From contig CAWHAA010000005.1 in assembly GCA_963827275.1 (NCBI GenBank), forward strand, positions 416,001 to 480,000: 64,000 bases of DNA. Reading direction: 5' to 3'. Within the stretch, counting starts at the first letter, position 1, and each line of letters begins with the position of its first letter. Source of the DNA: an uncultured Spirochaetota bacterium (lineage in GTDB: Bacteria; Spirochaetota; UBA4802; UBA5550). Below the pieces are notes generated by a model that saw only the letters and a list, made by a program, of their open reading frames with translations, was not told the origin of the DNA and did no database searches. This document shows, one piece after another, positions 1 through 9,661 of the stretch. The position numbers and the translations under genes were made by a program.

Positions 1-745
1 ACGCCGGAAAGGACGCCCGGTATTCCCGCAGCGCCGCGCGGGAGAGTTCTACCGTGCGGACCCCCTCCTCCCCCCCCATGTCGATGACACCGTTCCCGGC
101 ACAATCGATGACGCAGGAATCGCCGGCGTAGGAGACGCCGTTGCCGTCGGTGCCGACACGGTTGACCCCCGCGACATAGCACTGGTTCTCCACCGCGCGC
201 GCGCGGAGGAGCGCCTTCCAGTGGGACGCCCGCTGCGCCGGCCAGCTGGCGACGAAGACCGCTGCATCATACGCGCACCCGGGGTTCCTGGTCCAGACCG
301 GGAAGCGGAGGTCGTAGCAGATGAAGGGCCGCACCTTCCACCCGCCGAGGTCCACGGTGACCACGGCATCGCCGGCCGAGTAGACGCCGTCCTCGCCCGC
401 CATGCGGAAGAGATGGCGCTTGTCGTAGGTGACGATGTCGCCGCCGGGCCGCGCCCAGACCAGCCTGTTGTAGAAGCGGGCCCCCTCCCTGATGACGAGG
501 CTGCCCGCGACGTCCGCGCCGCGCAGGTCGGCCCAGCGGCGCATCCGCTCGACAGAGGGCCCGCTCATCTCCTCGGCTATCTCGGCCGGCCGCATGGTGA
601 AACCGGTGGTGAACATCTCGGGCAGGATGATGCAGTCCGTGGGCCCGTCGATGCCCCTGATGACCGCATCGAAGCGCTCAAGGTTTTTCCCGGCGTCATG
701 CCAGGCGATGCCCGCCTGCACCAGTGTTATTCTCAGATTGCGCAT
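1..745 (-). CDS. yafV: Carbon-nitrogen hydrolase (nitrilase family, omega-amidase YafV-like); 3' end runs off the window
   Basis: Absent from the ORF track because it has no stop in the window. Hand translation from ATG at 745 gives MRNLRITLVQAGIAWHDAGKNLERF...IILPEMFTTGF...YDKRHLF...ICYDLRFPVW, with the Glu/Lys/Cys triad motifs. Overlaps the ybdL stop, as in the usual ybdL-yafV pair. Confidence 0.88.
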   Translation of the reverse strand, partial: MRNLRITLVQAGIAWHDAGKNLERFDAVIRGIDGPTDCIILPEMFTTGFTMRPAEIAEEMSGPSVERMRRWADLRGADVAGSLVIREGARFYNRLVWARPGGDIVTYDKRHLFRMAGEDGVYSAGDAVVTVDLGGWKVRPFICYDLRFPVWTRNPGCAYDAAVFVASWPAQRASHWKALLRARAVENQCYVAGVNRVGTDGNGVSYAGDSCVIDCAGNGVIDMGGEEGVRTVELSRAALREYRASFPA

Positions 746-1899
746 AACCGCTCCGCCGCCGCTTCAAGGGTCTTCTCTTTTTTCGCAAAGCAGAACCGCA
801 GCACCCTGTTATCGACCGCCCCGTGGTAGAACACGGAGGGCGGTATCGCCGCCACGCCGTGCTCCACGGTCATCCGCCGCGCGAACGCCGTGTCAGGCTC
901 GTCCGTTATGGCGGAATAGTCGAGCATCTGGAAATAGGTCCCCCTGCTCGGGGCGCACCTGAAGCGCGACCCCCGTATGAGCGATATGAAATAATCGCGC
1001 TTCGCCTGGTAGAACGCGGGGAGCCCGAGGTATTTCTCCCTGCGCTCCATGTACTCGGCGAGGGCGCACTGCACCGGGGTGTTGCTGGTAAAGGTCAGGT
1101 ACTGGTGGATCTTGCGGAACTCGGCCGTGAGCGGCGCGGGCGCGCAGCAGTAGCCGATCTTCCACCCCGTGGCGTGGTAGGTCTTGCCGAACGAGCCGAC
1201 CACGAAGCTCCGCGCCGCGAGCTCCGGGTCCCGCGACATGCTCTCGTGACGGGCGCCGTCGAAGATGATATGCTCGTACACCTCGTCGCTGACGATGAAG
1301 GACCCGGTCCCCGAGACGACCTCCTTCAGGGCGTCGAGGTCCGCCGCGGAGAGTATCGCGCCGGCGGGATTGTGCGGCGAATTCAGCATGATGAGCCGCG
1401 TCCTCGGCGTGACCGCGTCCTTTACCATGTCCCAGTCGATCGAGTAATCGGGATAGCGGAGCGGGCAGTAGACCGGGACGCCCCCGGCGAGGGCTATCGC
1501 CGGCACGTAGGAATCGTACGCCGGTTCGAACACGATCGCCTCGTCGCCCGGGCCGACCACCGCGGTGATGGCTGCGTACAGGGCCTCGGTCGCGCCCGAG
1601 GTGACGGTGATCTCCTCCGCCGGGTCGTAGGAGGCGCCGTACAATGCTCCCGTCTTTTCCGATATCCGCTCGCGGAGCGCCATGACCCCCTGCATGGGGG
1701 CGTACTGGTTGTTCCCCTCCCGCATGTACCTGGCGACCAGGTCCACGAGCCCGTCGTCGACGTCGAAATCGGGGAACCCCTGCGAGAGGTTGATGGCGCC
1801 ATGCTCATTGGCGAGCCGGGTCATCACCGTGAAAATCGTCGTGCCGATATCGGGCAACTTCGACCGTATGTGCGGCGATGCCGCCGGGTGCCTTTTCAT
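733..1899 (-). CDS. ybdL: PLP-dependent methionine aminotransferase (class I/II)
   Basis: SKLPDIGTTIFTVMT, AINLSQGFPDF, NSPHNP, SDEVYEHI and SFGKTYHATGWKIGY motifs. Confidence 0.9.
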   Translation of the reverse strand: MKRHPAASPHIRSKLPDIGTTIFTVMTRLANEHGAINLSQGFPDFDVDDGLVDLVARYMREGNNQYAPMQGVMALRERISEKTGALYGASYDPAEEITVTSGATEALYAAITAVVGPGDEAIVFEPAYDSYVPAIALAGGVPVYCPLRYPDYSIDWDMVKDAVTPRTRLIMLNSPHNPAGAILSAADLDALKEVVSGTGSFIVSDEVYEHIIFDGARHESMSRDPELAARSFVVGSFGKTYHATGWKIGYCCAPAPLTAEFRKIHQYLTFTSNTPVQCALAEYMERREKYLGLPAFYQAKRDYFISLIRGSRFRCAPSRGTYFQMLDYSAITDEPDTAFARRMTVEHGVAAIPPSVFYHGAVDNRVLRFCFAKKEKTLEAAAERLCAI

Positions 1900-3458
1900 T
1901 TCAGCCTGAACTCCCGTTTTACTTCCTCGTAGAGGTCCAGCTTCTTCACCTTTCCCACGGAATCAAGCGGCAGGTAATTCCTGACAATGATCTCCTCCGG
2001 GATCTTGTATTTTGCGAGCCTCCCCGAAAGGAACTCCTTTATCTCTTCTGTTATAAAAGCCGTCCCCGGCCGCGGCACGATATAGGCCCTGCCCGCCTCT
2101 CCCATGATCGCGTCCGGCCTGCCGACCACCGCGGCCAGGAGCACCGCCGGGTGGCCCGATAGCGCGGCCTCGACCTCGGGGGGATACACGCTCTCGCCGC
2201 CCCGGATGTACATCTCCGTTTTCCTGCCGCTCAGCACGAGGGACCCGTCATCCTCGAGCATGCCCATGTCGCCGGTATGAAAATATCCCGCGCCGTCAAA
2301 AGCGCTCTTGTTGTCCTCGGGCCGGTTCCAGTAGCCCTTCATCAACACCGGGCCGCGGACCGCAATCTCGCCGATCTGTCCCCGGGGGAGAACGGCGTTG
2401 TGCTCGTCCATGATCGCGATTTCGACCCCCGGCATCGGGAGCCCCGCCGTCTTCAGCAGCTTCACTTCCCCCTGTTCCTGACGGGTGAAGGTAATGGCGC
2501 CGCTCGTTTCCGTGAGGCTGTAGGCGTTCAGGGGCAGCACTCCCAGCCGGTCCTTTATCCGCCCGATCAGGTCGGGCGGGCACGATTGCCCCGAGACGAT
2601 CGCGATCTTCACGGAGGAGAGGTCGTACTTCGCCATGTTCGGGTTCAGAAGCTCGAGCACGTACTGCGCCGGCACCTGGCCGATGACTGCGATCTTTTCA
2701 CGCTCGATGATCTTCAGCGTCTCCTCCGGCACGAAGGAATCCATCAGCACGAGCCTGTTTCCCCTGTTGAGGCAGGACATCACCGCCATCACCGCGCCGC
2801 CGCTGTGATAGAGCGGCACGTTGAGGAGCAGGGAGTCGCCCGGCCCGATACCCGACGCGGCGATCATCCCCTCCGAGGAGGCCAGCAGGTTCCCGTGCGT
2901 GAGCATGGCCGCCTTCGGCGCGCCCGTGGTACCCGGCGTATAGAGCAACAGGACGGTGTCGCCGGGCGTGACGGCGCTCCCCGCCTTCGTGACCGGGCCG
3001 CCCGGCTCCCGGAGGAGATGCACGTAGGGGACCATGTCGTGCCCCGCGGCGTCCCCGCCGAGCAGCACGACGCGCCGGAGGCCGGGCGTTTCCGGCCGTA
3101 CCCGGTCAAGGTTGGCGATGAAATCGCCCCCTGAAAAGCCAGGCACCGTAAAGAGGACCGAGATCCCCGCATCATTGATGACGTACTGGATCTCGGGCGG
3201 CGTGAAGCGGCAGCTCACCGGCACCGCGATGGCCCCTATTTTCGCGGCCGCCATGTATATGAAGAGATATTCCGGCCTGCTGGGCATGTAAATTCCGACC
3301 CGGTCTCCCCGGGCAACGCCCATGTGAAGCAGCCCCGCAGCGATCCGGTCCGACTCCCGGTGGTAGGTGCCGTAATTCAAGCGCACCTCGCCGTACACGA
3401 TCGCCTCAGCGGACTGGTTCTCCGCCGCGTGCCGCTCCAGCAACTCACCGATGACCAT
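1896..3458 (-). CDS. AMP-binding acyl-CoA synthetase family protein with deviant core motifs
   Basis: YTPGTTGAPK, YSLTE, FHTGDMG, LAKYKIPE and GKVKK motifs; 520 aa. Confidence 0.85.
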   Translation of the reverse strand: MVIGELLERHAAENQSAEAIVYGEVRLNYGTYHRESDRIAAGLLHMGVARGDRVGIYMPSRPEYLFIYMAAAKIGAIAVPVSCRFTPPEIQYVINDAGISVLFTVPGFSGGDFIANLDRVRPETPGLRRVVLLGGDAAGHDMVPYVHLLREPGGPVTKAGSAVTPGDTVLLLYTPGTTGAPKAAMLTHGNLLASSEGMIAASGIGPGDSLLLNVPLYHSGGAVMAVMSCLNRGNRLVLMDSFVPEETLKIIEREKIAVIGQVPAQYVLELLNPNMAKYDLSSVKIAIVSGQSCPPDLIGRIKDRLGVLPLNAYSLTETSGAITFTRQEQGEVKLLKTAGLPMPGVEIAIMDEHNAVLPRGQIGEIAVRGPVLMKGYWNRPEDNKSAFDGAGYFHTGDMGMLEDDGSLVLSGRKTEMYIRGGESVYPPEVEAALSGHPAVLLAAVVGRPDAIMGEAGRAYIVPRPGTAFITEEIKEFLSGRLAKYKIPEEIIVRNYLPLDSVGKVKKLDLYEEVKREFRLK

Positions 3459-3485
3459 TGATCGTCCTCCCCATTCTGTCCCGCG

Positions 3486-6125
3486 CTACCCTTTCAGGTG
3501 CACCCGCACCTCGAACCCGCCGCCCTCGCGGTTGCCGGCGAAAAAGTCGGCGCCGATGATGCCGGCGCGGTACCTCATGATGCGCAGCCCGAGCCCGGTG
3601 TTCTTTTTCTCCTGCATACCCACGCCGTCGTCGAGGACCGACATCTTGATCCCCTCGCTGTTCGCGACCAGGTGGATATGGATGCTTGCGGCCTTCCCGT
3701 GCTTGATCGAATTCGTCACCGCCTCGCGCGCGATGTAGAACAGGTGGGTCGCCGCCTGGTTGTCGTCGACCAGGAACACCCCGTCCTGGTATATCCTGCA
3801 TGACACGTTGAATATCTTCTCGGTGGTTGCCGCCATCTCGTCGAGCGCCGAGCGGAGGCCGTTTTTCTCCATTTCAACGGGGCTCAGCATGCGCGAAAGG
3901 CTCCGCGTCTGCACGATCGCGTCGCGTATCAGGCTCTCGATATGCTCGATATCCGGGATGCCCGCATCGAACCGGTCCTGCGTCTTCTCCTTGAGCGCCT
4001 CGATCAGGAAGGTGACGGCGGTGAGGTTCTGGCCCAGGCCGTCGTGCAGGTCCTGCCCGATCCTCTGCCGCTCGATCTCGGCGATGCGCATGATCCCGTC
4101 CTGGAGGTTGCGCATCTCCGTGATGTTGGTGAAATTCTCGATTATGCCGATGACGCTTCCGTCCCTGGAAAAATAGGGTGACGCGTTCACGATAAAGATG
4201 ACGTCCTCGTCCCGGACCCGCGTCCGTATCTCGTATTCCACGTATTTCCTGCCCTTCAGGATGCGCCGCATCAGGATGCGGTCCGCCTTGACCAGCTCGC
4301 GGTCCCACTCGGCCTGCCCGGTCCGCGGAAAATGCCTGACGTCCAGGTCGAACATCTCCATGAACCGCCGGTTCATGTGGATGAGGGCGAAATTCCGGTC
4401 GATGACGCGCATCCCGACCGGCGTCGAGTTGAATATCTGCTCCAGCTCGATATAGGCCTTGACCTTCTCCTCCTCCGCCCTCTTCCGCTCGGTCATGTCC
4501 TGCAGCGTCTCAATGGCGCCGATGATCGTCCCGTCGACGTCGCGGAGGAGGGCCGCGGTGAAGAAGAGCCACCTCCCGCCGTCGCTGAGCAGCGGGAAAA
4601 AACGCTCGCTTTCGCCCGCTTCCCCGAGCACCGGCGACTGCCGGAACCCGCTATCATATTTTTCCGCCTGTCCCGGGTCGAGCACGCGGTTGATGATGAT
4701 ATCGGCCATGGTGGGCCGCTGCTCCTCGTTAAAGGGCTCCCAGTGCCTGCCCGTGCCGATCATCTCCTCGGAGAGGCGCCCGGTGAGGACCTCGCACGCG
4801 CGGTTCCAGTGGGTCACGACGTGGTTCTCGTCGATGACGAAGGTGGGGATGGGGCTCCCCTCGATGATCTGCGAGAGGAGCCGCCTGCTCCTCCGGAGGG
4901 CGATGTCGGCGTTCTTCTGCTCGGTGATGTCATTGAGGAACCCCTCCACCCCGACGATCTCGCCGTGGTGGTACAGGGGCTGGCTGTAAAAGGTCTGGTA
5001 GGCGATGCTGCCGTCCTTCCGCCGCGTGCTGAACTCTCCCCGCACCGTCTCGCCGGCGAGGACCCGCCCGGTCTGCGCCTCGATCTCCCGCTTTCCCTCC
5101 AGCGACTGGATGATCGCGATATGCTTTCCCACCACGTCCGCGCCGGAAAAGCCGAGCATACGCTCCAGCTCGGGGTTAACGTAGGCGATCAATCCCTCCC
5201 GGTCGATGCGGTAGTACCCGAAGGGGGCGTTCTCAATGATGGTGCGGAAGCGCTCCTCGCTCTCCTGCAGCTCCTCCAGGGTGGCCTCATGCTCTCCCCT
5301 GAGCCGTATGCCGCCCAGCGCGTACTCGATGTCGTCGGCGATGTCCTCGAACAGCACCTGCTCGTCGCGGTCAGCGATGAGCTCCTCGGCCATCGACACC
5401 GAGAGTATCCCCCTGAGGTTCCCTCCCGGGTTGATGCCGATGGTCATCCGTCCCTTGTCGTCATACTGGTCCGCCAGGGGGCACCCGGCGCAGTCGACCC
5501 CCGGGTCCCTGGTGATGATAAGGCCCGTGCGGTACACCGAGCGCTGGACGCACACCGGCAGCGTGCCGTTCGTGAGCATGTCCGTCATCGGGTGGAACTT
5601 CTCGCCGAGGCCCGACTCCGCCGCGTACAGGAGACGCGAATTATCATCCACTATCGCGATCCATGCGTAAAAATAGCTCCTGCTTTTCACCAGGTTGTCG
5701 CAGATGCCCTTCATGAGCCGGTACAGGTCTTTCTCTTTGGTGATGAGGTGGTTTATTTCGCGTATGGAACGCAGCACAAGGTTGAAGTGCCGCATCCGTT
5801 CCTGCGCCTTTTTGATCCGCTCGCTCAGGTAGGCGACGACGACGGAGATGACGATGAACATGAGGGCACGGATGTAGTCGTCCGCGGTGGGATAATACTG
5901 CTTCAGGATCAGGTGCGCGATCACCAGCGCCGCCGAGAGTATCACCGCCACCGGAACGCCCCGCCTGCCCCACCAGAGGGAGGCCAGTATTATCGGGATA
6001 TAGAAGAAATGCGTGAAAACGGATCCGACATGAAGCATGCCGTAAAAAATCACGATGAACGAGAGGGAGATCAGGACCAGGATCGTAATTACAACAGGCC
6101 TGCTCCGGGAAAAAATCCTATCCAT
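3486..6125 (-). CDS. Membrane-bound GAF/multi-PAS sensor histidine kinase (HisKA_3, NarX/NreB type)
   Basis: N-terminal TM helices, a GAF-like region, three PAS-like segments, H-box ERQRIGQDLHDGLGQ, then EAVTNSIKHG, DDGVG and GLGLRIM. No response regulator nearby. Confidence 0.9.
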   Translation of the reverse strand: MDRIFSRSRPVVITILVLISLSFIVIFYGMLHVGSVFTHFFYIPIILASLWWGRRGVPVAVILSAALVIAHLILKQYYPTADDYIRALMFIVISVVVAYLSERIKKAQERMRHFNLVLRSIREINHLITKEKDLYRLMKGICDNLVKSRSYFYAWIAIVDDNSRLLYAAESGLGEKFHPMTDMLTNGTLPVCVQRSVYRTGLIITRDPGVDCAGCPLADQYDDKGRMTIGINPGGNLRGILSVSMAEELIADRDEQVLFEDIADDIEYALGGIRLRGEHEATLEELQESEERFRTIIENAPFGYYRIDREGLIAYVNPELERMLGFSGADVVGKHIAIIQSLEGKREIEAQTGRVLAGETVRGEFSTRRKDGSIAYQTFYSQPLYHHGEIVGVEGFLNDITEQKNADIALRRSRRLLSQIIEGSPIPTFVIDENHVVTHWNRACEVLTGRLSEEMIGTGRHWEPFNEEQRPTMADIIINRVLDPGQAEKYDSGFRQSPVLGEAGESERFFPLLSDGGRWLFFTAALLRDVDGTIIGAIETLQDMTERKRAEEEKVKAYIELEQIFNSTPVGMRVIDRNFALIHMNRRFMEMFDLDVRHFPRTGQAEWDRELVKADRILMRRILKGRKYVEYEIRTRVRDEDVIFIVNASPYFSRDGSVIGIIENFTNITEMRNLQDGIMRIAEIERQRIGQDLHDGLGQNLTAVTFLIEALKEKTQDRFDAGIPDIEHIESLIRDAIVQTRSLSRMLSPVEMEKNGLRSALDEMAATTEKIFNVSCRIYQDGVFLVDDNQAATHLFYIAREAVTNSIKHGKAASIHIHLVANSEGIKMSVLDDGVGMQEKKNTGLGLRIMRYRAGIIGADFFAGNREGGGFEVRVHLKG

Positions 6126-6227
6126 CTGGCGGGGGCCCCTGAACTATACAAACATTTTGTAATGAACAATACGTATCAGGGAAAGGATAAGTCAAGAGAT
6201 ATTCGGCGTGCGGCCATGCATAAAAAA

Positions 6228-6409
6228 AGTCCGCTCCCTTGCCGACTGGAGGCGTGCGGCCAGGGGCGGACTGATCACACATGCAGAACCTATTAAGGAA
6301 GGATTTCGTTCAATCGGATCATGCCGCTTGTGGCGGCAGGGCCCAACTGCGTTATTAGTTCACCTCTCATCTATGATCGCGGCAAAAGACCACGCAGGGC
6401 TGGGAGACT
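6228..6409 (-). ncRNA. Candidate 6S (SsrS)-like RNA, or a structured leader ending in a terminator
   Basis: About 182 nt that folds by eye into a long rod on the minus strand: AGTCTCCC/GGGAG-GACT, GATCATA/TGTGATC, GAAC/GTTC, CAGTTGG/CCGATTG and apical TGCCGC/GCGGCA, followed by a T7 run. No covariance search done. Confidence 0.45.
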
Positions 6410-6797
6410 CCATTCACATAGGGGGGGGGGAAGAAGCGTCCGTCATCTCCCAGCCCGGGTCTTTCTATCTTAACTAATTCCATGCGGTTTCCCGCAGGGA
6501 ACGTGATATACCGAGCGATCTCATTCATGAAATCCCCCGCGCGGGCGATTTCACGGGCCAATTCCAGAAAAACCATCCTGATAACGAGTAGCATCAATCA
6601 TTTCTCCTGCTTATAATAAACAGCAAAGAGAAGCCCCGGTCAATCCCCGATACCGGGTAAAATATCATAGCGTATTACGGGGTGATCCGCTATCACGGTT
6701 TCAATGATGCGGGCCGCTGAAACCGTCCTTTTGGACGGAGTGATTATTTCTTGACAAGTTCCCCGCTGATGAGCTCTTATTTACAACAAATTTCAAC

Positions 6798-7652
6798 ATG
6801 GATTATCATACTATGAATAAAATAATCGAAAAAGAGTTCCTGTCTCCCCTGGTGTTCCGCATGAAGGTGGAAGCGCCGGAGATAGCCAGGAAGAGAAAGG
6901 CCGGGCAGTTCATCATACTTCGCGTCAGCGATGCGGGCGAGCGCATTCCCCTCACCATAGCGGACGCGGACCCCGAAAAAGGATGGATCGAGCTCGTGGT
7001 GCAGGCCGTCGGCAAAACCACGAAAGAGCTTTCAGCGCTCGGCCCCGGAGACGCGCTCCACGACCTGGCGGGCCCCCTGGGCCGCCCCACCCACATAGAA
7101 AAGCGCGGCACCGTGGTGATGGTGGGCGGCGGCATAGGGATCGCGCCGGCGCACCCGATCGCACAGGCGATGAAAGCGGCCGGGAACCATGTCATCTCCA
7201 TCCTGGGCGGCCGCACGAAGGAGCTCGTCATAATGGAAGACCGTATGCGGGCGGCGAGCGACGAGGTGATCATCATGACCGACGACGGCTCGTACGGCAC
7301 GAAGGGCCTCGTGACCGACGCCATCCAGAAGCTGATCGACGGCGGCACGAAAATAGACGAGGTGATCGCCATCGGCCCGCCGGTGATGATGAAATTCGTG
7401 AGCCTGCTCACGAAAAAATACAGCATACCCACCCTGGTGAGCCTGAACACGATAATGATCGACGGCACCGGCATGTGCGGCGGCTGCCGCGTGAGCGTCG
7501 GCGGCGAATCGAAGTTCGTCTGCGTCGACGGCCCCGAGTTCGACGGCCACCTGGTGAACTTCGACGAGATGATGCAGCGCCTGTCGATGTACGGCGACAT
7601 GGAGAAGGAATCGGCCGACCACGCCTGCAAGATCGGGCTGGATCGAAAATAA
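6798..7652 (+). CDS. nfnA: NfnA/SudB-type FAD/NAD-binding 2Fe-2S subunit of electron-bifurcating transhydrogenase (start may be 6813)
   Basis: GQFIILR..ERIPLTIAD, GGGIGIAP, MIDGTGMCGGCRV and CVDGPEFDGH motifs; lies directly upstream of an NfnB homologue. Confidence 0.88.
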   Translation: MDYHTMNKIIEKEFLSPLVFRMKVEAPEIARKRKAGQFIILRVSDAGERIPLTIADADPEKGWIELVVQAVGKTTKELSALGPGDALHDLAGPLGRPTHIEKRGTVVMVGGGIGIAPAHPIAQAMKAAGNHVISILGGRTKELVIMEDRMRAASDEVIIMTDDGSYGTKGLVTDAIQKLIDGGTKIDEVIAIGPPVMMKFVSLLTKKYSIPTLVSLNTIMIDGTGMCGGCRVSVGGESKFVCVDGPEFDGHLVNFDEMMQRLSMYGDMEKESADHACKIGLDRK

Positions 7653-7660
7653 TCCCCCGC

Positions 7661-7683
7661 CCCCCTCCCATCAAGGGAGGGGG
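7661..7683. repeat. REP-like GC hairpin between nfnA and nfnB
   Basis: CCCCCTCCC-ATCAA-GGGAGGGGG, a perfect 9-bp stem with no U-tract. Confidence 0.6.
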
Positions 7684-7707
7684 TGAGCTAATACAAGGAA
7701 TTAAATC

Positions 7708-9148
7708 ATGGAACGAAAAGAGCTCACCAACAAGGAACGCCTGGCGATACCGCCGCAGAAGATGCCGGAACAGGACCCGAAGGCGCGGATCCGCAACGTG
7801 AACGAGGTGCCCATCGGCTATACCGCCGAGCAGGCGATAGAGGAGGCGAACCGCTGCCTCCAGTGCAAGAACGCCCCCTGCGTCAAGGGGTGCCCGGTGG
7901 AGATCGACATCCCGGGCTTCATCAGGCAGATCACCGAGGGTGACTTCCGCGGCGCGATAAACACCATAAAGATAACCAGCGTCCTTCCCGCCGTGTGCGG
8001 GCGGGTGTGCCCGCAGGAGGAGCAGTGCCAGGCCCCCTGCACCGTGGGCAAGAGCCTGAAGTCGGTGGACAGGGCCGTGCAGATCGGCAAGCTCGAGCGC
8101 TTCGTCGCCGACCGTGAGATGGCCCAGGGCCAGTCGGAGACCCCGGAGATAAAGCCGGAGACCGGGAAAAAGATCGCCATCATCGGGTGCGGCCCGGCCG
8201 GCATCACCGTGGCGGCCGACTGCCGGCGCGAGGGGCACCGGGTGACCATCTTCGAGGCCCTGCACAAGCCGGGCGGGGTGCTGGCCTACGGCATCCCCGA
8301 GTTCCGCCTCCCCAAGAAAATCGTGGGGCGCGAGGTGGACAACCTGGTGCGGATGGGCGTCGAGGTGAAGACCAACATGGTGATCGGCAAGATCGCCACC
8401 ATCGACGAGCTCATGGAGGAGCAGGGATACGACGCGGTGTTCGTGGGCACCGGCGCCGGCCTGCCGATGTTCCTGAACATACCGGGCGAGAACCTGAACG
8501 GCGTCTATTCCGCCAACGAGTACCTGACCAGGGCGAACCTGATGCAGGCCTACTCCTTCCCGAACACGGACACGCCGATTGCGCGCTCGAAAAACGTGGC
8601 GGTGTTCGGCGGCGGCAACGTGGCCATGGACTCGGCCCGGACCGCGCTGCGCCTCGGCGCGGACAACGTGTACCTGATGTACCGCCGGTCGCGCGAGGAG
8701 ATGCCGGCCCGGAAGGAAGAGAGTACACCACGCCGAGGAGGAAGGCGTGCAGATGATGTACCTCCAGAACCCGACCCGCTTCATCGGCAACGAAAAGGGC
8801 TGGGTCACCGGCGTGGAATGCCTCCGCATGGAGCTTGGCGAGCCGGACGATTCGGGCCGCCGCCGGCCCGTCGCGGTCAAGGGGAGCGAATTCATGACCG
8901 AGGTCGACACCTGCATCGTGGCGATCGGGAACGCGTCGAACCCGTTGATCCCCCAGACCTCGCCGGACATCACAACCACGAAATGGGGCAACATCATCGT
9001 TGACGAAGGCTCCCTCAAGACCTCGAAGAAGGGCGTCTTCGCCGGCGGCGACATCGTCCTGGGCGCGGCCACGGTCATCCTGGCCATGGGCCAGGGCCGC
9101 AAGGCGGCGAAGGCGATCAACGAGTACCTGGCGACCGGGGCCTGGTAG
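7708..9148 (+). CDS. nfnB: NfnB/SudA (glutamate synthase small-chain-like) subunit, with one +1 frameshift near 8723
   Basis: RCLQCKNAPCVKGCPV, CGRVCPQEEQC, YGIPEFRLPK and GGGNVAMDSAR. After ..ARKEE the homology continues in the next frame (VHHAEEEGVQM...FAGGDIVLGAATVILAMGQG, ORF 8747-9148). Confidence 0.88.
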
Positions 9149-9154
9149 GAGGGA

Positions 9155-9370
9155 ATGATGAAATTTTTACTCTGGTTCATACTGCTGTTCCTGTGCTGGC
9201 CCCTCGCACTCCTCGCGCTCATCCTGTACCCGATCATATGGCTGGTCCTTCTTCCTTTCAGGATCATCGGCGTGGCGGTGGATGGCGTGCTCGGGCTCAT
9301 CAAATCGATACTGTTCCTGCCCGCCCGGATTTTGCGGGGGCCGGACAGGTTCCGGGAAACTAAGAGATAA
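9155..9370 (+). CDS. Small hydrophobic membrane protein
   Basis: 71 aa with two hydrophobic stretches; GGAGG RBS directly after the nfnB stop. Confidence 0.65.
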   Translation: MMKFLLWFILLFLCWPLALLALILYPIIWLVLLPFRIIGVAVDGVLGLIKSILFLPARILRGPDRFRETKR

Positions 9371-9394
9371 AATTCTTTTCTATATTTTTATCAG

Positions 9395-9523
9395 GAGCCG
9401 GGAGTCGTCCCGGCGAGCAGGCGACACGGAGGTCGACGTTTCCGCCGAGTCAATCCCGATTCATTAAAAAGATAAATGAAATCGGGATTATACGAGGCGG
9501 ACGAGCGGGATGGCTCCCGGCTC
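9395..9523 (+). repeat. 129-nt nested inverted repeat (long hairpin) in an intergenic region
   Basis: Outer arms GAGCCGGGAGTCGTCCC / GGGATGGCTCCCGGCTC, middle TCCGCC / GGCGGA, inner AATCCCGATTCATT / AATGAAATCGGGATT. Confidence 0.7.
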
Positions 9524-9661
9524 AAAACGAAATTACCGAAGAAGATTCTACTTGACTCGCCTTCCATTAATATAATAATCGAATACTATCCGATGCATCG
9601 GGTACCGGCCGCTCCGGAATAGTACCCGCCATCAAGGTTAACATTCAGCGAGGATAAACAT

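Noticed and set aside
6421..6430. G10 tract as a phase-variable switch
   Set aside because: It is intergenic with no clear promoter spanning it, and homopolymer length is unreliable in this assembly.
7708..9148. Glutamate synthase small subunit (gltD)
   Set aside because: No gltB nearby, and pairing with an NfnA-type gene indicates NfnAB.
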